DNA of 64,000 bases. Origin: Nitrospirota bacterium. GTDB lineage: Bacteria; Nitrospirota; Nitrospiria; Nitrospirales; Nitrospiraceae. The stretch covers positions 425 through 64,424 of the forward strand of contig JACQEY010000053.1 of NCBI GenBank assembly GCA_016200355.1, read 5' to 3'. Each line of letters starts with the position of its first letter. The first letter of the stretch is position 1. The notes beneath the pieces are model-generated. The model had not been told where the DNA came from. It ran no database searches and saw nothing but the letters and a program-made list of their open reading frames with translations. This document shows positions 43,625 through 54,008 of this stretch, in pieces. Position numbers and translations under genes: made by a program.

Positions 43625-46345
43625 CTACGTTCCGTGGCACTTCTTGTATTTTTTCCCGCTGCCGCAGGGGCAGGGATCGTTGCGACCGACTTTGTCGTCG
43701 CTTCGCTGAACTGTCTGAGGAGCGACTGGTTCTTCTCCTCGATTGAGGATGAGCGAGGGAAGGGGGCGTGAGATGACGGGGGGCGATGGTGGGGCAGTGG
43801 GTTGCTCTTCGTTCCGAACCGCCTGTACATGAAAGAGTCGGTCGAGTGTGTCGGACTTGATCCGTTCCATCAGGCCTGAAAAAAGATCGTAGCCTTCGCG
43901 CTTGTACTCAATGAGCGGATCCTTTTGACCGTAGCCGCGCAAGCCGATCCCGTCGCGCAGGTGATCCATTCCAAGCAGGTGATCTTTCCAGTGATGGTCG
44001 ATGATCTGGAGCATGAAGGTCTTCTCCAGAAAACGCATCAATTCCGGACTCAGATCCCGCTCTCTCCGATCATAGGCCTCCCGTACCTGTGTACGGAGGT
44101 CTTCGAGCAACGCGTCGCGCCCTATCGCTCGGAGCGCCTCGCCGCCGTCGTTCTTGCCCTGGGCGATGTCGAAACCGAACTGGCTATGCATGAGTTCGGC
44201 AAGCCCTTTGATGTCCCATTCTTCGGGGTATTGTTCAGCCGGACAATAGATGTTCAGCGCGGATTCCACCAGGCCGTCTATCATGCTGCGAAGATCGTCT
44301 TTCAGATTCGTCCCGCCCAGGACAGCTCGCCGGTGTTGATAAATCACTTCGCGCTGCTTGTTCATGACGTCGTCATACTCCAGCAGCTGTTTCCGGATTT
44401 CGAAGTGGTGGGCCTCAACCTTTTTCTGGGCATTGGCGATGGCCCGGGTGACCATGCCATGCTCGATCGGGACGCCTTCTTCCATGCCGAGCTTGAGCAT
44501 CAGCTGAGAGACCCGCTCGGAGGCGAAGATGCGCATCAGATCGTCTTCCAACGATAAATAGAAGCGTGACGAACCAGGGTCGCCCTGGCGGCCGGCCCGG
44601 CCTCGGAGTTGGTTGTCGATCCGGCGGCTTTCGTGACGCTCGGTCCCGAGAATATGGAGTCCTCCCGCCGCAATGACCTCTTGTTTGTCCTTCTCGCAGT
44701 CGGCCCGAATCTGTTCGAAGATTTTCAACTTGTCCGCATCCGTCAGATTTTCTTCCCGGTACAGGATCTGTTTGAACATGAAGTCGGGATTGCCGCCCAG
44801 GAGAATGTCAGTGCCACGGCCCGCCATATTTGTGGCAATGGTGACGGCACCCTTGTGGCCGGCTTGGGCGATGATCTCGGCTTCCCGCTCATGCTGTTTG
44901 GCATTGAGAACGTTGTGCTTGACGCCGGTCCGGCTCAAGTAGCCGGCGAGCCGTTCCGATTTTTCGATGGAAATCGTGCCGACTAAGACGGGCTGGCCCC
45001 GCTCGTGGCATTCCTTGATATCTTCGACGATCGCGTTAAACTTTTCTTTCTCGGTTCGGTAGACGACATCGGCGTAATCCAGGCGGATCATTTTGCGATT
45101 GGTCGGCACCACATTGACGTCGAGATTGTAGATCTTGGCAAACTCCGCCGCTTCCGTGTCCGCCGTGCCGGTCATGCCACTAAGCTTCTTGTACATCCTG
45201 AAATAGTTCTGGAAGGTGACCGAGGCCAGCGTTTGATTCTCGTTCGCAATCTTCACGCCTTCTTTAGCTTCGACGGCCTGGTGTAGCCCGTCGCTCCAGC
45301 GGCGTCCCGGCATGAGCCGTCCGGTAAATTCATCGACGATGATGACTTCGCCCTCTTTCACGACGTAGTCCACATCCCGCTTGTAGAGGGCATAGGCCTG
45401 GAGCCCCTTGACGACGTGATGGACGAGATCCATATGGTTGGGATCGTAGAGATTGTCCACGCCGAGTAATTTCTCGACCCGGACGTTGCCCTCTTCGGTC
45501 AACGACGCGGTCTTCGTTTTTTCTTCGACCGTGTAGTCGTGCTCCGGTTTCAGCTGCGGGATAATCGCGTTGATGCGGTAGTAGAGATCGGTCGTTTCAT
45601 CCGTCGGACCGGAAATAATCAAGGGCGTGCGGGCCTCGTCGATGAGGATACTGTCGACTTCGTCCACAATGGCGTAGTTCAACTCGCGCTGTACGCATTG
45701 GGCCAAGTCGGTGACGACCAGGTTGTCACGGAGGTAATCGAACCCGTACTCGTTATTGGTGCCGTAAGTGATATCGGCGCGATAGGCTTCAGGCCTTGTG
45801 CAGGGGCGGAGAGACTGGAGCCGCTTGTCGGAGGCGTCATAGGCCGGATCGAAGAAAAATGAGGCGTCATGCTGAATGATGCCCACCGAAAGTCCCAGCG
45901 CGTGGTACAGAACGCCCATCCACTGCGCATCGCGCTTGGCAAGGTAGTCGTTCACAGTAATGAGGTGCACGCCTTTCCCTTCGAGCGCATTCAGATACAC
46001 CGGCAGCGTGGCCATCAGGGTTTTTCCTTCGCCGGTCTTCATTTCAGCGATACGGCCTCTATGGAGAATCATGCCGCCGATCAACTGCACATCGAAATGG
46101 CGCATGTTCAGCTTGCGGCGGGACATCTCACGACAGACCGCGAAGGCCTCGGGCAGGATATCGTCCAGAGTCTCCCCAGCCCCAATGCGCTTCTTGAAAT
46201 CCTGGGTCTTGTCCGCAAGAGCGTGATCGGAGAGCGGCGTCAGGCCTGATTCCAGGCTACTGATCCGCTCCACAATCGGGAAAATTGCCTTGATTTCACG
46301 ATCGTTTTTGCTGCCGAAGATCTGATTGAGTAGTTGCGTGACCAT
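43625..46345 (-). CDS. secA: Preprotein translocase ATPase SecA
   Basis: Start at ATG 46345 ([19 protein letters not shown]). DEAD-like motor motifs. C-terminal zinc finger [14 protein letters not shown]. Confidence 0.95.
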   Translation of the reverse strand: MVTQLLNQIFGSKNDREIKAIFPIVERISSLESGLTPLSDHALADKTQDFKKRIGAGETLDDILPEAFAVCREMSRRKLNMRHFDVQLIGGMILHRGRIAEMKTGEGKTLMATLPVYLNALEGKGVHLITVNDYLAKRDAQWMGVLYHALGLSVGIIQHDASFFFDPAYDASDKRLQSLRPCTRPEAYRADITYGTNNEYGFDYLRDNLVVTDLAQCVQRELNYAIVDEVDSILIDEARTPLIISGPTDETTDLYYRINAIIPQLKPEHDYTVEEKTKTASLTEEGNVRVEKLLGVDNLYDPNHMDLVHHVVKGLQAYALYKRDVDYVVKEGEVIIVDEFTGRLMPGRRWSDGLHQAVEAKEGVKIANENQTLASVTFQNYFRMYKKLSGMTGTADTEAAEFAKIYNLDVNVVPTNRKMIRLDYADVVYRTEKEKFNAIVEDIKECHERGQPVLVGTISIEKSERLAGYLSRTGVKHNVLNAKQHEREAEIIAQAGHKGAVTIATNMAGRGTDILLGGNPDFMFKQILYREENLTDADKLKIFEQIRADCEKDKQEVIAAGGLHILGTERHESRRIDNQLRGRAGRQGDPGSSRFYLSLEDDLMRIFASERVSQLMLKLGMEEGVPIEHGMVTRAIANAQKKVEAHHFEIRKQLLEYDDVMNKQREVIYQHRRAVLGGTNLKDDLRSMIDGLVESALNIYCPAEQYPEEWDIKGLAELMHSQFGFDIAQGKNDGGEALRAIGRDALLEDLRTQVREAYDRRERDLSPELMRFLEKTFMLQIIDHHWKDHLLGMDHLRDGIGLRGYGQKDPLIEYKREGYDLFSGLMERIKSDTLDRLFHVQAVRNEEQPTAPPSPPVISRPLPSLILNRGEEPVAPQTVQRSDDKVGRNDPCPCGSGKKYKKCHGT

Positions 46346-46441
46346 GATACTGTCGATCGGAACGAACGCCGATGTCCCCAAAAGTAGTTGGCGCAGTATA
46401 CAACATCCTTTCTCTGAATCCTATAACAAGCAGGGCTCAGC

Positions 46442-46545
46442 CAGGATGCTCAAAAGTCCGCCGGCAATCGGAAGGTTTAGGCTCAGGTCAAGGCTAAGGA
46501 GGAACAGCGTCTGATCTTGCACTCAACCTTAACCTCAGCCTTCCT
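46442..46545. repeat. Composite: left end of MITE family (M4 fragment) followed by AGGCT-family hairpin (S3)
   Basis: caggatgctcaaaagtccg, then ggaaggtttaggctcaggtcaaggctaaggagg ... caaccttaacctcagccttcc. Confidence 0.6.
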
Positions 46546-46639
46546 TTTTGTTTCCGGCATCGAGTCACCGACAGTCTGTCTTGACAGGCCTCGCGGGTGT
46601 CCATTAAAATTCAGGAAGGTCATACGGAATCGTCTTCTG

Positions 46640-46945
46640 ATGAATCAAGTCGTCCTTAAATTTCTGTCGATCCTCCTGGTGCTCTGTGTCCTTTCCGTCG
46701 GCGGATTGGCTCAGGCGCAGTCGGTCGAGCATGCCGGACACCATGCCCAGCATCAGGCTGCTACGCATGGCACCCTGCTCTGTTCCTGGATGTGTGCTGC
46801 CGGAACGGTTATCGATACTGCAGTGGTCACGTTTCAGGCCGAATTCAGTCCTATAGCACTCGTCACGCTCCCCCATTCGACGCAGCCCTTAGTCGAGGCC
46901 CGCCGGATTTCTCCCAGCCGCGCCCCTCCGTCTTTCTCTCTATAG
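46640..46945 (+). CDS. Small secreted His/Cys-rich protein (possible metal-binding, DUF2946-like)
   Basis: ATG at 46640. Signal peptide ...SVGGLAQAQS. Then VEHAGHHAQHQAATHGTLLCSWMCAAG. Confidence 0.4.
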   Translation: MNQVVLKFLSILLVLCVLSVGGLAQAQSVEHAGHHAQHQAATHGTLLCSWMCAAGTVIDTAVVTFQAEFSPIALVTLPHSTQPLVEARRISPSRAPPSFSL

Positions 46946-47058
46946 TCTTTGTTGTTCATCGGCTCCCAGCAGAGCCACGTCCGTCTCTCATACGATCCAC
47001 TGAGTGGGTTGTAGGGTGAGGCGGATGGGAACGATTCTTCTAGAGAGAAAGGGCCAGC

Positions 47059-48177
47059 GTGATCATGGCAGGGAAATGGTTCATACTCGGATTCATTCTC
47101 AGTCTTGCACTCGTTGTCTTCTCGTGGCCCGTCGTCCAGCAGGCACAAGCATCCTGCGGCGCCGTGACCTGTTTCGTCGTCATCGGGTCTCAGCAGCAAG
47201 TTCCGGTGGCGGGCCTTCTCACGGTCAATACGATTTACAATTACACGCCGATGCGAGCACTGGATGGAACCAATGGAGTCATCCCAGCGGTGGATCAGGC
47301 GGACCGGCAGATGATTCTGGATCATCATCAGGAGACTCGAACCATTACGCAGCAGGCGACGCTCGACCTCAATTATGGTCTCACCGATCGGTTCGGGCTC
47401 CAACTCACGCTCCCCTATATGTGGCGCACGCACAAGCACATCGATGGCCTAGGAGAGGATGGAACAAACGGCTCAGGCGAGTCGACTAATTTCTCCGCCA
47501 ACGGGATGGCAGACCTGCGTGTGGGCCTCAAGTACAATGTGCTGCCTACCATTCGAAGTTTGGTGGTGTTGGGGCTTGGTGTCTACCTCCCGACCGGCAA
47601 TACACATGCGCATGACAGCGCTAATCTTGTGATGGAATCGCCGGCGCAACTCGGTCGGGGGCAAGTCGGGTTGAATCCGACAATTTATCAGACCTATGAA
47701 TTGATCCCGCATCGGCTCAATCAATTTGCGTCAGCCAGTTACCGCCACACCTTCCGAAACAACGATGGCTATCAGTTTGGCGACGAATACTTGCTCAATG
47801 CCGGACTGAATCTCGTGACGACTCCCTGGCTGGTTCTCACCGGCCAGGTTAATTACCGCTATCTCGTGCACGACAATTTCAGCTCGTCGCTGTTGCAATC
47901 AGCTCCGGTCGGTACGCCTGGCGGTGCGGGGCCGACAATTATCGATCCTCTGATCCAGAGCCGCGCGGTACCAACCACCGGCTCGACCTACTATGCCTTT
48001 TCGCCAGGTTTCCAAGTCGGCCTGGGGCAGCTCATCGAATCAAATTTGACGAACATGACGTCGCTCTACTTTTACGCGCAGATCCCGTTTGAGCGGGATT
48101 CCAACAACAGTCTGGCGCAGGGAACCAGTTACATCTTTGGGCTTACACGTTCGTTCCAAGTAGCGAACCCTTCGTAA
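47059..48177 (+). CDS. Outer-membrane beta-barrel transporter-family protein
   Basis: Signal peptide ending QAQA. Alternating beta-strand pattern. Aromatic-rich C-terminus (GLTRSFQV). GTG at 47059 or ATG at 47065. Confidence 0.5.
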   Translation: MIMAGKWFILGFILSLALVVFSWPVVQQAQASCGAVTCFVVIGSQQQVPVAGLLTVNTIYNYTPMRALDGTNGVIPAVDQADRQMILDHHQETRTITQQATLDLNYGLTDRFGLQLTLPYMWRTHKHIDGLGEDGTNGSGESTNFSANGMADLRVGLKYNVLPTIRSLVVLGLGVYLPTGNTHAHDSANLVMESPAQLGRGQVGLNPTIYQTYELIPHRLNQFASASYRHTFRNNDGYQFGDEYLLNAGLNLVTTPWLVLTGQVNYRYLVHDNFSSSLLQSAPVGTPGGAGPTIIDPLIQSRAVPTTGSTYYAFSPGFQVGLGQLIESNLTNMTSLYFYAQIPFERDSNNSLAQGTSYIFGLTRSFQVANPS

Positions 48178-48206
48178 CCGAAATGTTTGAAGCAAAGGGG
48201 GCTGAC

Positions 48207-48761
48207 ATGCAATCAAGAAGAATCACCGCAGTGCTTATGGGGGGGGTGCTGCTAGCTGCCTTGACGGCACTGCCGGCCCTCGATGGCTGGAGCATGGGCT
48301 CGCGAGTCCCGGCAGTCGGGATGCAGGCCGAGGATTTTCGCTTGACCGATCTGGCGGGCAAGGAACAGAGCCTCAGCCAATATCGCGGAAAGATCGTGCT
48401 CCTGAACTTCTGGGCCACCTGGTGCAAACCCTGCACGACCGAAATGCCGGCGATGCAAGCCAGCTTCGACAAGCTGCGCGACAAGGGCTTTGTGGTTCTC
48501 GCCATCAACGAGTTGGAAGACGATGCCAGGGTGCGCGAACACATCAAGCAGTACGGCCACACGTTTCCGGTCGTCATGGATCGCGACAATAAAGTCGCCA
48601 ATCAATTCGGCGTGTTCGGATTGCCCGTGAGCGTGTTCATCGACCAAGAGGGGCGCGTACAGGAATACCTCAAGGGTGGCCTGCTGACCGAACAGAAGAT
48701 CGAAGAAATTGTCGCGCAGATTCAGAAAAAAGAACCGGTAAAGGCAGCGACTCTTCGATGA
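48207..48761 (+). CDS. TlpA/ResA-like periplasmic thiol:disulfide oxidoreductase
   Basis: AAGGGGG RBS before ATG 48207. VLLNFWATWCKPC active site. Confidence 0.8.
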   Translation: MQSRRITAVLMGGVLLAALTALPALDGWSMGSRVPAVGMQAEDFRLTDLAGKEQSLSQYRGKIVLLNFWATWCKPCTTEMPAMQASFDKLRDKGFVVLAINELEDDARVREHIKQYGHTFPVVMDRDNKVANQFGVFGLPVSVFIDQEGRVQEYLKGGLLTEQKIEEIVAQIQKKEPVKAATLR

Positions 48762-48877
48762 ATCTCCTCGTAGCAAGCTGTGGGGAGCTTCATCAGTTGG
48801 ACATCGGCCCCTACCCGGTGTAATTCTCTACCGAGCAGGGATCCGCCTTGTCTCGTTTCCCTTTCACTGGATTGCCT

Positions 48878-49594
48878 TCATCGGTTTCGTTTCAGCAGTG
48901 GTTCAAGCATTGGGAGAATCTTCTCGACGATTATGCGATAGCCTTCTCCGGTCGGATGAATGCCATCGGCCTGGTTGAGCGAAGACGAGACTGCCACCCC
49001 ATCGAGAAAAAATGGAATCAGTGTCAGGCGATATTGCTTCGCTAAGGCCTGGTAGAGCGTCTCAAACCCTGCGGTATAGTCCTGTCCATAATTCGGGGGG
49101 AGTTTCATTCCCGCTAACACGACGGTGACCGAGGCTTGTTGGAGTTGTTGAATGATTCGTTCGAGGTTGGCTTTCGTCTCCTGCAGGCTGAGGCCACGGA
49201 GCCCATCGTTGCCACCAAGTTCCAGAATGACGATTGTCGGCTTGTTCTTCAGGACCCAAGAGACCCTTCTGGTTCCGCCGGCTGTTGTCTCACCGCTGAC
49301 TCCCGCATTCACGACTCGATAACCATAGCCTGCTGCGTCCAGCATCCGCTGCAGGTGCGCGGGATAGGATTGATCCGGTCGCACACCTAAGCCTGCGGTC
49401 AGGCTATTGCCGAAGGCGACGATGCTGGGGCGTTCAGCGGAGATAGGCCTTGGTCCCGCACCCTCGCGCGGGGGAGCCGACGACGGGGACGGAGCGGCGG
49501 TCGCATTGGTGCGGTCATACCCACAGAGGAGGATCAAGGAAAGGCAGAGACAAGAAAATAGTTTTGTGAGAATCCATGAGCGTCGCATCGTCAT
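48878..49594 (-). CDS. SGNH/GDSL hydrolase (TesA/arylesterase-like)
   Basis: IVAFGNSLTAG, LELGGNDGLRG, ADGIHPT blocks. Signal peptide. Confidence 0.8.
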   Translation of the reverse strand: MTMRRSWILTKLFSCLCLSLILLCGYDRTNATAAPSPSSAPPREGAGPRPISAERPSIVAFGNSLTAGLGVRPDQSYPAHLQRMLDAAGYGYRVVNAGVSGETTAGGTRRVSWVLKNKPTIVILELGGNDGLRGLSLQETKANLERIIQQLQQASVTVVLAGMKLPPNYGQDYTAGFETLYQALAKQYRLTLIPFFLDGVAVSSSLNQADGIHPTGEGYRIIVEKILPMLEPLLKRNR

Positions 49595-49647
49595 CCAGTA
49601 TAATATACCCTTCTCATGGTTAGTATTGCGGGAGCCTGACCGACAAC

Positions 49648-50352
49648 ATGATTGCCCTCTCTCACCTGACGATGCGCTTGGCTGGCGGCGGTCATCAGAT
49701 CACGATCCTCGATGATGTCACGCTTGAGATTCCTGATAAGCAGCGCGTGGCCATCGTCGGTCCTTCCGGAAGCGGGAAGTCTACCTTACTAGGCCTCATC
49801 GCGGGACTGGATCGGCCCACGTCCGGCTCCATCATGTTGAACGGTGTGGAGATCTCGACGATGCGCGAGAGCGCCTTGGCGAGGTATCGTCGCGATCACA
49901 TCGGCTACATCTTTCAATCCTTCCATCTCATTCCTACCCTCACCGCCCTTGAAAACGTTCTGGTGCCGCTGGAGTTGGCAGGGATACGCGGGGCGCAGGA
50001 TCGCGCAACGGATCTGTTGCAGACCGTCGGCCTGGGAGAGCGGTTGCATCATTATCCCGTCCAGTTGTCAGGCGGCGAACAGCAGCGGGTGGCGGTGGCT
50101 AGAGCCTTCGCCTGTCACCCACCGATTTTGTTGGCTGACGAGCCGACCGGCAACTTGGATTCGACCACAGGTCAGCATGTGATGCAGCTGCTCCATGCGC
50201 TCCATCGTGACTACGGCACCACCTTAGTCCTCGTCACACATGATCACTCCATGGCCTCCTCAATGGAGCGTGTGATTGCCTTGCGCGACGGTCGCATCGA
50301 ATCAGACAGCCTCACCGACCCAGACCATCGGGTCACAGAGTCATCCCCGTGA
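49648..50352 (+). CDS. ABC transporter ATP-binding protein (YbbA/LolD-like)
   Basis: GPSGSGKST, LSGGEQQRVAVARA, ILLADEPTGNLD. Confidence 0.9.
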   Translation: MIALSHLTMRLAGGGHQITILDDVTLEIPDKQRVAIVGPSGSGKSTLLGLIAGLDRPTSGSIMLNGVEISTMRESALARYRRDHIGYIFQSFHLIPTLTALENVLVPLELAGIRGAQDRATDLLQTVGLGERLHHYPVQLSGGEQQRVAVARAFACHPPILLADEPTGNLDSTTGQHVMQLLHALHRDYGTTLVLVTHDHSMASSMERVIALRDGRIESDSLTDPDHRVTESSP

Positions 50353-53015
50353 ATCGCTTCATCTTCAGGATGGCCTGGCGTGAAACCAGGGGAGCCTGGC
50401 GGCACTTTCTCTATTTCTTCGCCTGCATCGCGATCGGCGTCGGAGCCTTGGTCGGAGTGTCGCTGTTTGGCACGAATATGGAACAGGCCGTCACAAGAGA
50501 AGCCCGTGGACTGTTAGGCGGCGATCTCGAAATTCGCCTCACTCGCCCCCTGAGTATCCCAGGGCAGGCGGTGCTGAACTCGCTGGGTGAACGGGACATG
50601 GTCTTAACCCATGTGAGCGAGCTTGTCGCCATGGCCGCGCGCGCGACTCCCGGGTCCTTGATGACTCAATCGACCCAGATCATTGAACTGAAAGCGGTGG
50701 AATCGGCCTATCCTCTGTACGGAGCGATCCGACTCGACCCAGCCCAATCACTTGATGTCCTGCTCCATCCGGATAAAAATCGCTGCGGCGGACATTCTTG
50801 TTTTGGCGCGGTGGTACAGGAGTCGCTGCTGATTCGGATGGGCCTCTCGGTCGGGGATCGATTGAAGATCGGGCAAGCGATGTTTCTGATCACAGGAGTC
50901 GTCAGAACCGAGCCGGATCGAATGGCCAACGCCTTCACCTTGGGTCCACGGGTGATGATTGCGCAGGAAGGATTACGGGCGGCTGAACTGATTAAGCCCG
51001 GAAGCCGGGTACGGGAACGGTATCTGGTGAAGATCGCCGCCGATATTCCGCTGGAGCCGCTGCGCACCGAGCTGCGAGATCGGCTGGAGGCAGATTCGGC
51101 GCGCGTCTCCAGCTATCGCACGTCCCAGTCACAGTTGAAGCAATTTCTCGAACAACTCTCCCGCTATCTCGGGCTGGTCGGCCTCACCGCGCTGTTCATC
51201 GGTGGACTGGGGGTCGGAACCTCGATTCATGCGTTCTTGCGGGACAAGTTGCGGACGATTGCCATCTTGAAAGCGGTCGGTGCTGATTCGGCCACGGTCG
51301 TCTCGACCTATGTGGTGCAAGCGATCTTCCTGGGATGTATCGGGAGCCTCGCCGGCATCTTGTTGGTAATTGCGCTTCAACGAGGGCTGCCCCCCCTTGC
51401 GGCTGCTCTCTTTGCGTCAGACATTCTCGATCAGTTAGGCGTTTCCTCGGAATTGTCATGGTACTCGGTTTGGCCTTTGCTAAAAGGGGCAGCGCTGGGA
51501 CTGTTGTCGACATTGCTGTTTACCCTGTGGCCCCTATTGAAGATTCGAGAGGTTCATCCAGGTGCGATCTTTCGGCGCGATGCAGAACAGGCGACGGTCG
51601 AGCAGGGGACTCCTCGGTCACGATGGTGGGTGAAATGGGGGCTGACTGATCCCTGGAATGTCGGCACGGCAGGAGGGATCATCCTCGGGCTCTGCGCGCT
51701 CTCGGTGTGGCAAGCCGGTTCGTGGTCGATCGGCTTCTTATTTATCGGGGCGATGTTCCTCGCCATCACGGTCCTCTTTGTCTGTGCGCGGGTGTTTGTG
51801 CAAGGGCTGGCCTGGGCACCGCTGCCTCGCGTCTTGAGCCTTCGCTATGCCTTGGGTAATGTCGTACGGCCAGGGAGTCAGGCGACAGGGATCATGGTCG
51901 CCATCGGCATCGGTGTGATGGCGATTGTCTCGGTGTCGCTGGTGGAACAGGCGTTGCTCCAACAGATACAGGAGAATCGGCCGGCAGATGCCCCGACCTT
52001 TTTCTTTATCGACATTCAGCCCGATCAAGCGAAGACGTTCGTGTCGTTGGTCGATCGACAGACTGGCCGAGTGCGTCCAGAACTCACACCGCTGGTGCGT
52101 TCGCGGCTCCATGCGATCAACGGACATATCGTCACGGTAGAAGAGGGGGCGGAGAAGGACGACAAGCGCACGGAGGGAAAAGAGGCGCGAGGGAAACAGT
52201 GGTATTTCACCCGGGAGTATGTCCTGACCTTTCTCGATCAGCTACCGAAGGACAATACGTTAGTCAAAGGGGAATGGTGGGAGCCCGGGCAGGTTTTCTC
52301 GACTCCACAGGTTTCTGTGGAAGAAGACGCGGCCATGCATTTAGGCCTCACGATCGGCTCGATCGTGGAGTTCGATATTCAAGGGGCCACGGTGTCGGCG
52401 GAGGTGCGCAGTATTCGCAAAGTCGAGTGGGGAAATTTCTCGACGAATTTCTACATGATCTTATCCCCGGGCTCGATTGAAGGGGTGCCCTTTACCTATG
52501 TGGCCACGGTACGGGTCTCGCCACAGGAAGAGGTGCCGTTGCAGCAGGCAGTCGTCGCCTCATTTCCGAATATCAGCGCGATCCATATCGGCGACGTGCT
52601 CGATGGGTTTGCGCGGGTGCTCGATCGTCTCTCGCTGGCAATCAGGGCAGTGGCGCTCTTTTGTGTTGTGGCCGGAGGGCTGGTCATGGCGGCGGCACTC
52701 GCAGCGACACGCTACCGGCGTCTCTACGAGTCGGTCATTCTGAAATCGCTCGGCGCGACCCGCAGCTTGATTGCGCGCGCCTTTGCCATGGAGTATGTCC
52801 TGCTGGGCGCCGTCGCCGGGTTGATCGGACTGACTCTCGGGACTGTCTTGTCATGGGTCCTAGTGCGGTATGTGTTCGACCTTCCCTGGATCATACATCC
52901 ACGAGTGCTCGGCATCGGCCTCCTCCTCACGATGTTGCTGACTCTGATCGTGGGGTTTGCCAGCACCTACCGGATTCTTGGCCAACGGCCGCTGGCCGTG
53001 CTCCGGCACGAGTAG
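50349..53015 (+). CDS. FtsX-family ABC permease, duplicated (YbbP-like)
   Basis: 888 aa. GTGA overlap with the ATPase gene. Two FtsX-type 4-TM modules separated by large periplasmic loops. Confidence 0.75.
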   Translation: MNRFIFRMAWRETRGAWRHFLYFFACIAIGVGALVGVSLFGTNMEQAVTREARGLLGGDLEIRLTRPLSIPGQAVLNSLGERDMVLTHVSELVAMAARATPGSLMTQSTQIIELKAVESAYPLYGAIRLDPAQSLDVLLHPDKNRCGGHSCFGAVVQESLLIRMGLSVGDRLKIGQAMFLITGVVRTEPDRMANAFTLGPRVMIAQEGLRAAELIKPGSRVRERYLVKIAADIPLEPLRTELRDRLEADSARVSSYRTSQSQLKQFLEQLSRYLGLVGLTALFIGGLGVGTSIHAFLRDKLRTIAILKAVGADSATVVSTYVVQAIFLGCIGSLAGILLVIALQRGLPPLAAALFASDILDQLGVSSELSWYSVWPLLKGAALGLLSTLLFTLWPLLKIREVHPGAIFRRDAEQATVEQGTPRSRWWVKWGLTDPWNVGTAGGIILGLCALSVWQAGSWSIGFLFIGAMFLAITVLFVCARVFVQGLAWAPLPRVLSLRYALGNVVRPGSQATGIMVAIGIGVMAIVSVSLVEQALLQQIQENRPADAPTFFFIDIQPDQAKTFVSLVDRQTGRVRPELTPLVRSRLHAINGHIVTVEEGAEKDDKRTEGKEARGKQWYFTREYVLTFLDQLPKDNTLVKGEWWEPGQVFSTPQVSVEEDAAMHLGLTIGSIVEFDIQGATVSAEVRSIRKVEWGNFSTNFYMILSPGSIEGVPFTYVATVRVSPQEEVPLQQAVVASFPNISAIHIGDVLDGFARVLDRLSLAIRAVALFCVVAGGLVMAAALAATRYRRLYESVILKSLGATRSLIARAFAMEYVLLGAVAGLIGLTLGTVLSWVLVRYVFDLPWIIHPRVLGIGLLLTMLLTLIVGFASTYRILGQRPLAVLRHE

Positions 53016-53120
53016 AATGGGCGAGGGGCGAACAATCATATTAGCAGACGGCAGAAAAACTCGGATAGACACAGAACACCGTTGGAATCTTCCAGAATGG
53101 CGCCGATGCCTCAACAGCTT

Positions 53121-53334
53121 CAGGATGCTCAAAAAGGCCAAACTTCGCACCCACCCAACCCTGGCGCGCCGAGACGCGCCGTGTCCCAAGCAAGGCCGCA
53201 GCGCGTGAAGACCGGAAGCGTACCCTCAGGGGTACGTTGAGGATCTGAACGATGCGAGAACGCCGCATGGGAAAGGGCGCGTCTCTGCGCGCCGGGGACG
53301 GGCGGGTGAGAAGAACGACGTTTTCAGCATCCTG
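53121..53334. mobile_element. MITE-like palindromic element, longest copy (M5)
   Basis: Terminal repeats caggatgctcaaaaagg / cgttttcagcatcctg. The left arm ...cgcacccacccaaccctggcgcgccgagacgcgccgtgtccca is the near-complement of the right arm tgggaaagggcgcgtctctgcgcgccggggacgggcgggtgag. Central mini-palindrome cgtaccctcaggggtacg. Confidence 0.8.
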
Positions 53335-53829
53335 TTAGATGGCGTGATCGGGAAGGCGCAGGTCGAGGATGCGGCGGAGGCGTCGTTCCTCTGATCGGAG
53401 GAGACTGGAAAAGCGAAGCCCGATTCCTTCAGCACAATGGGAGCGCACAATGGCGCCGTCAACCATGATGGGATCATCGTACTCGGCAGGATGAAATTCC
53501 AGCATTACTTGGCATCCCATCGGAATGCGCTGGCTTGTGCGCACACGGCACCCCCGGAGAGACAAATTCAACAGTGTCCCTTCGACAACGACGCGCTGGC
53601 TGGGATCATGGATGGGGCGAACCTGTGCCGGGTACTGGACTGAGACTCGGTCATAGTTACGGCGAGGATTGGTCTTGAGCTTGCCGAGGAAAGTGGTAAA
53701 CCGATGGGTACAGAGCTGACAACGAAGGGGATAGATGGTCAACGCCCCGAGTAGCCGATCGGCGACTCCCAAGCGAGGCGCTAATTTTGTTTTCGCAGTC
53801 CCGCACTTTGGACAGCGTGGGGTATGCAT
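53335..53829 (-). CDS. PilZ-domain protein with N-terminal zinc-ribbon
   Basis: CPKCG...CQLC. RRNYDR ... LLNLSLRGCRV (RxxxR / D-S-x-x-G-type PilZ pattern). Confidence 0.6.
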   Translation of the reverse strand: MHTPRCPKCGTAKTKLAPRLGVADRLLGALTIYPLRCQLCTHRFTTFLGKLKTNPRRNYDRVSVQYPAQVRPIHDPSQRVVVEGTLLNLSLRGCRVRTSQRIPMGCQVMLEFHPAEYDDPIMVDGAIVRSHCAEGIGLRFSSLLRSEERRLRRILDLRLPDHAI

Positions 53830-53921
53830 GGTCGGACGTCACTCCCGTGAATTGGCTTTGAGCGACAACTACAGCCTGGTCAATGTAGAGGATAGTGTAG
53901 CGACATCTCCGGCAAGACGAC

Positions 53922-53946
53922 AAGCCCCCCTCTGGAGGGGGGGCTT
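53922..53946 (-). terminator. GC hairpin downstream of pepN
   Basis: aagcccccc-tctgga-gggggggctt, 63 nt after the pepN stop. No clear U-tract. Confidence 0.4.
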
Positions 53947-54008
53947 AAGGCGAATGGGTCACAGTCGTACCAGCTTCTCCCTACTCTAAATATCTCTTTC
54001 ACGACCAT

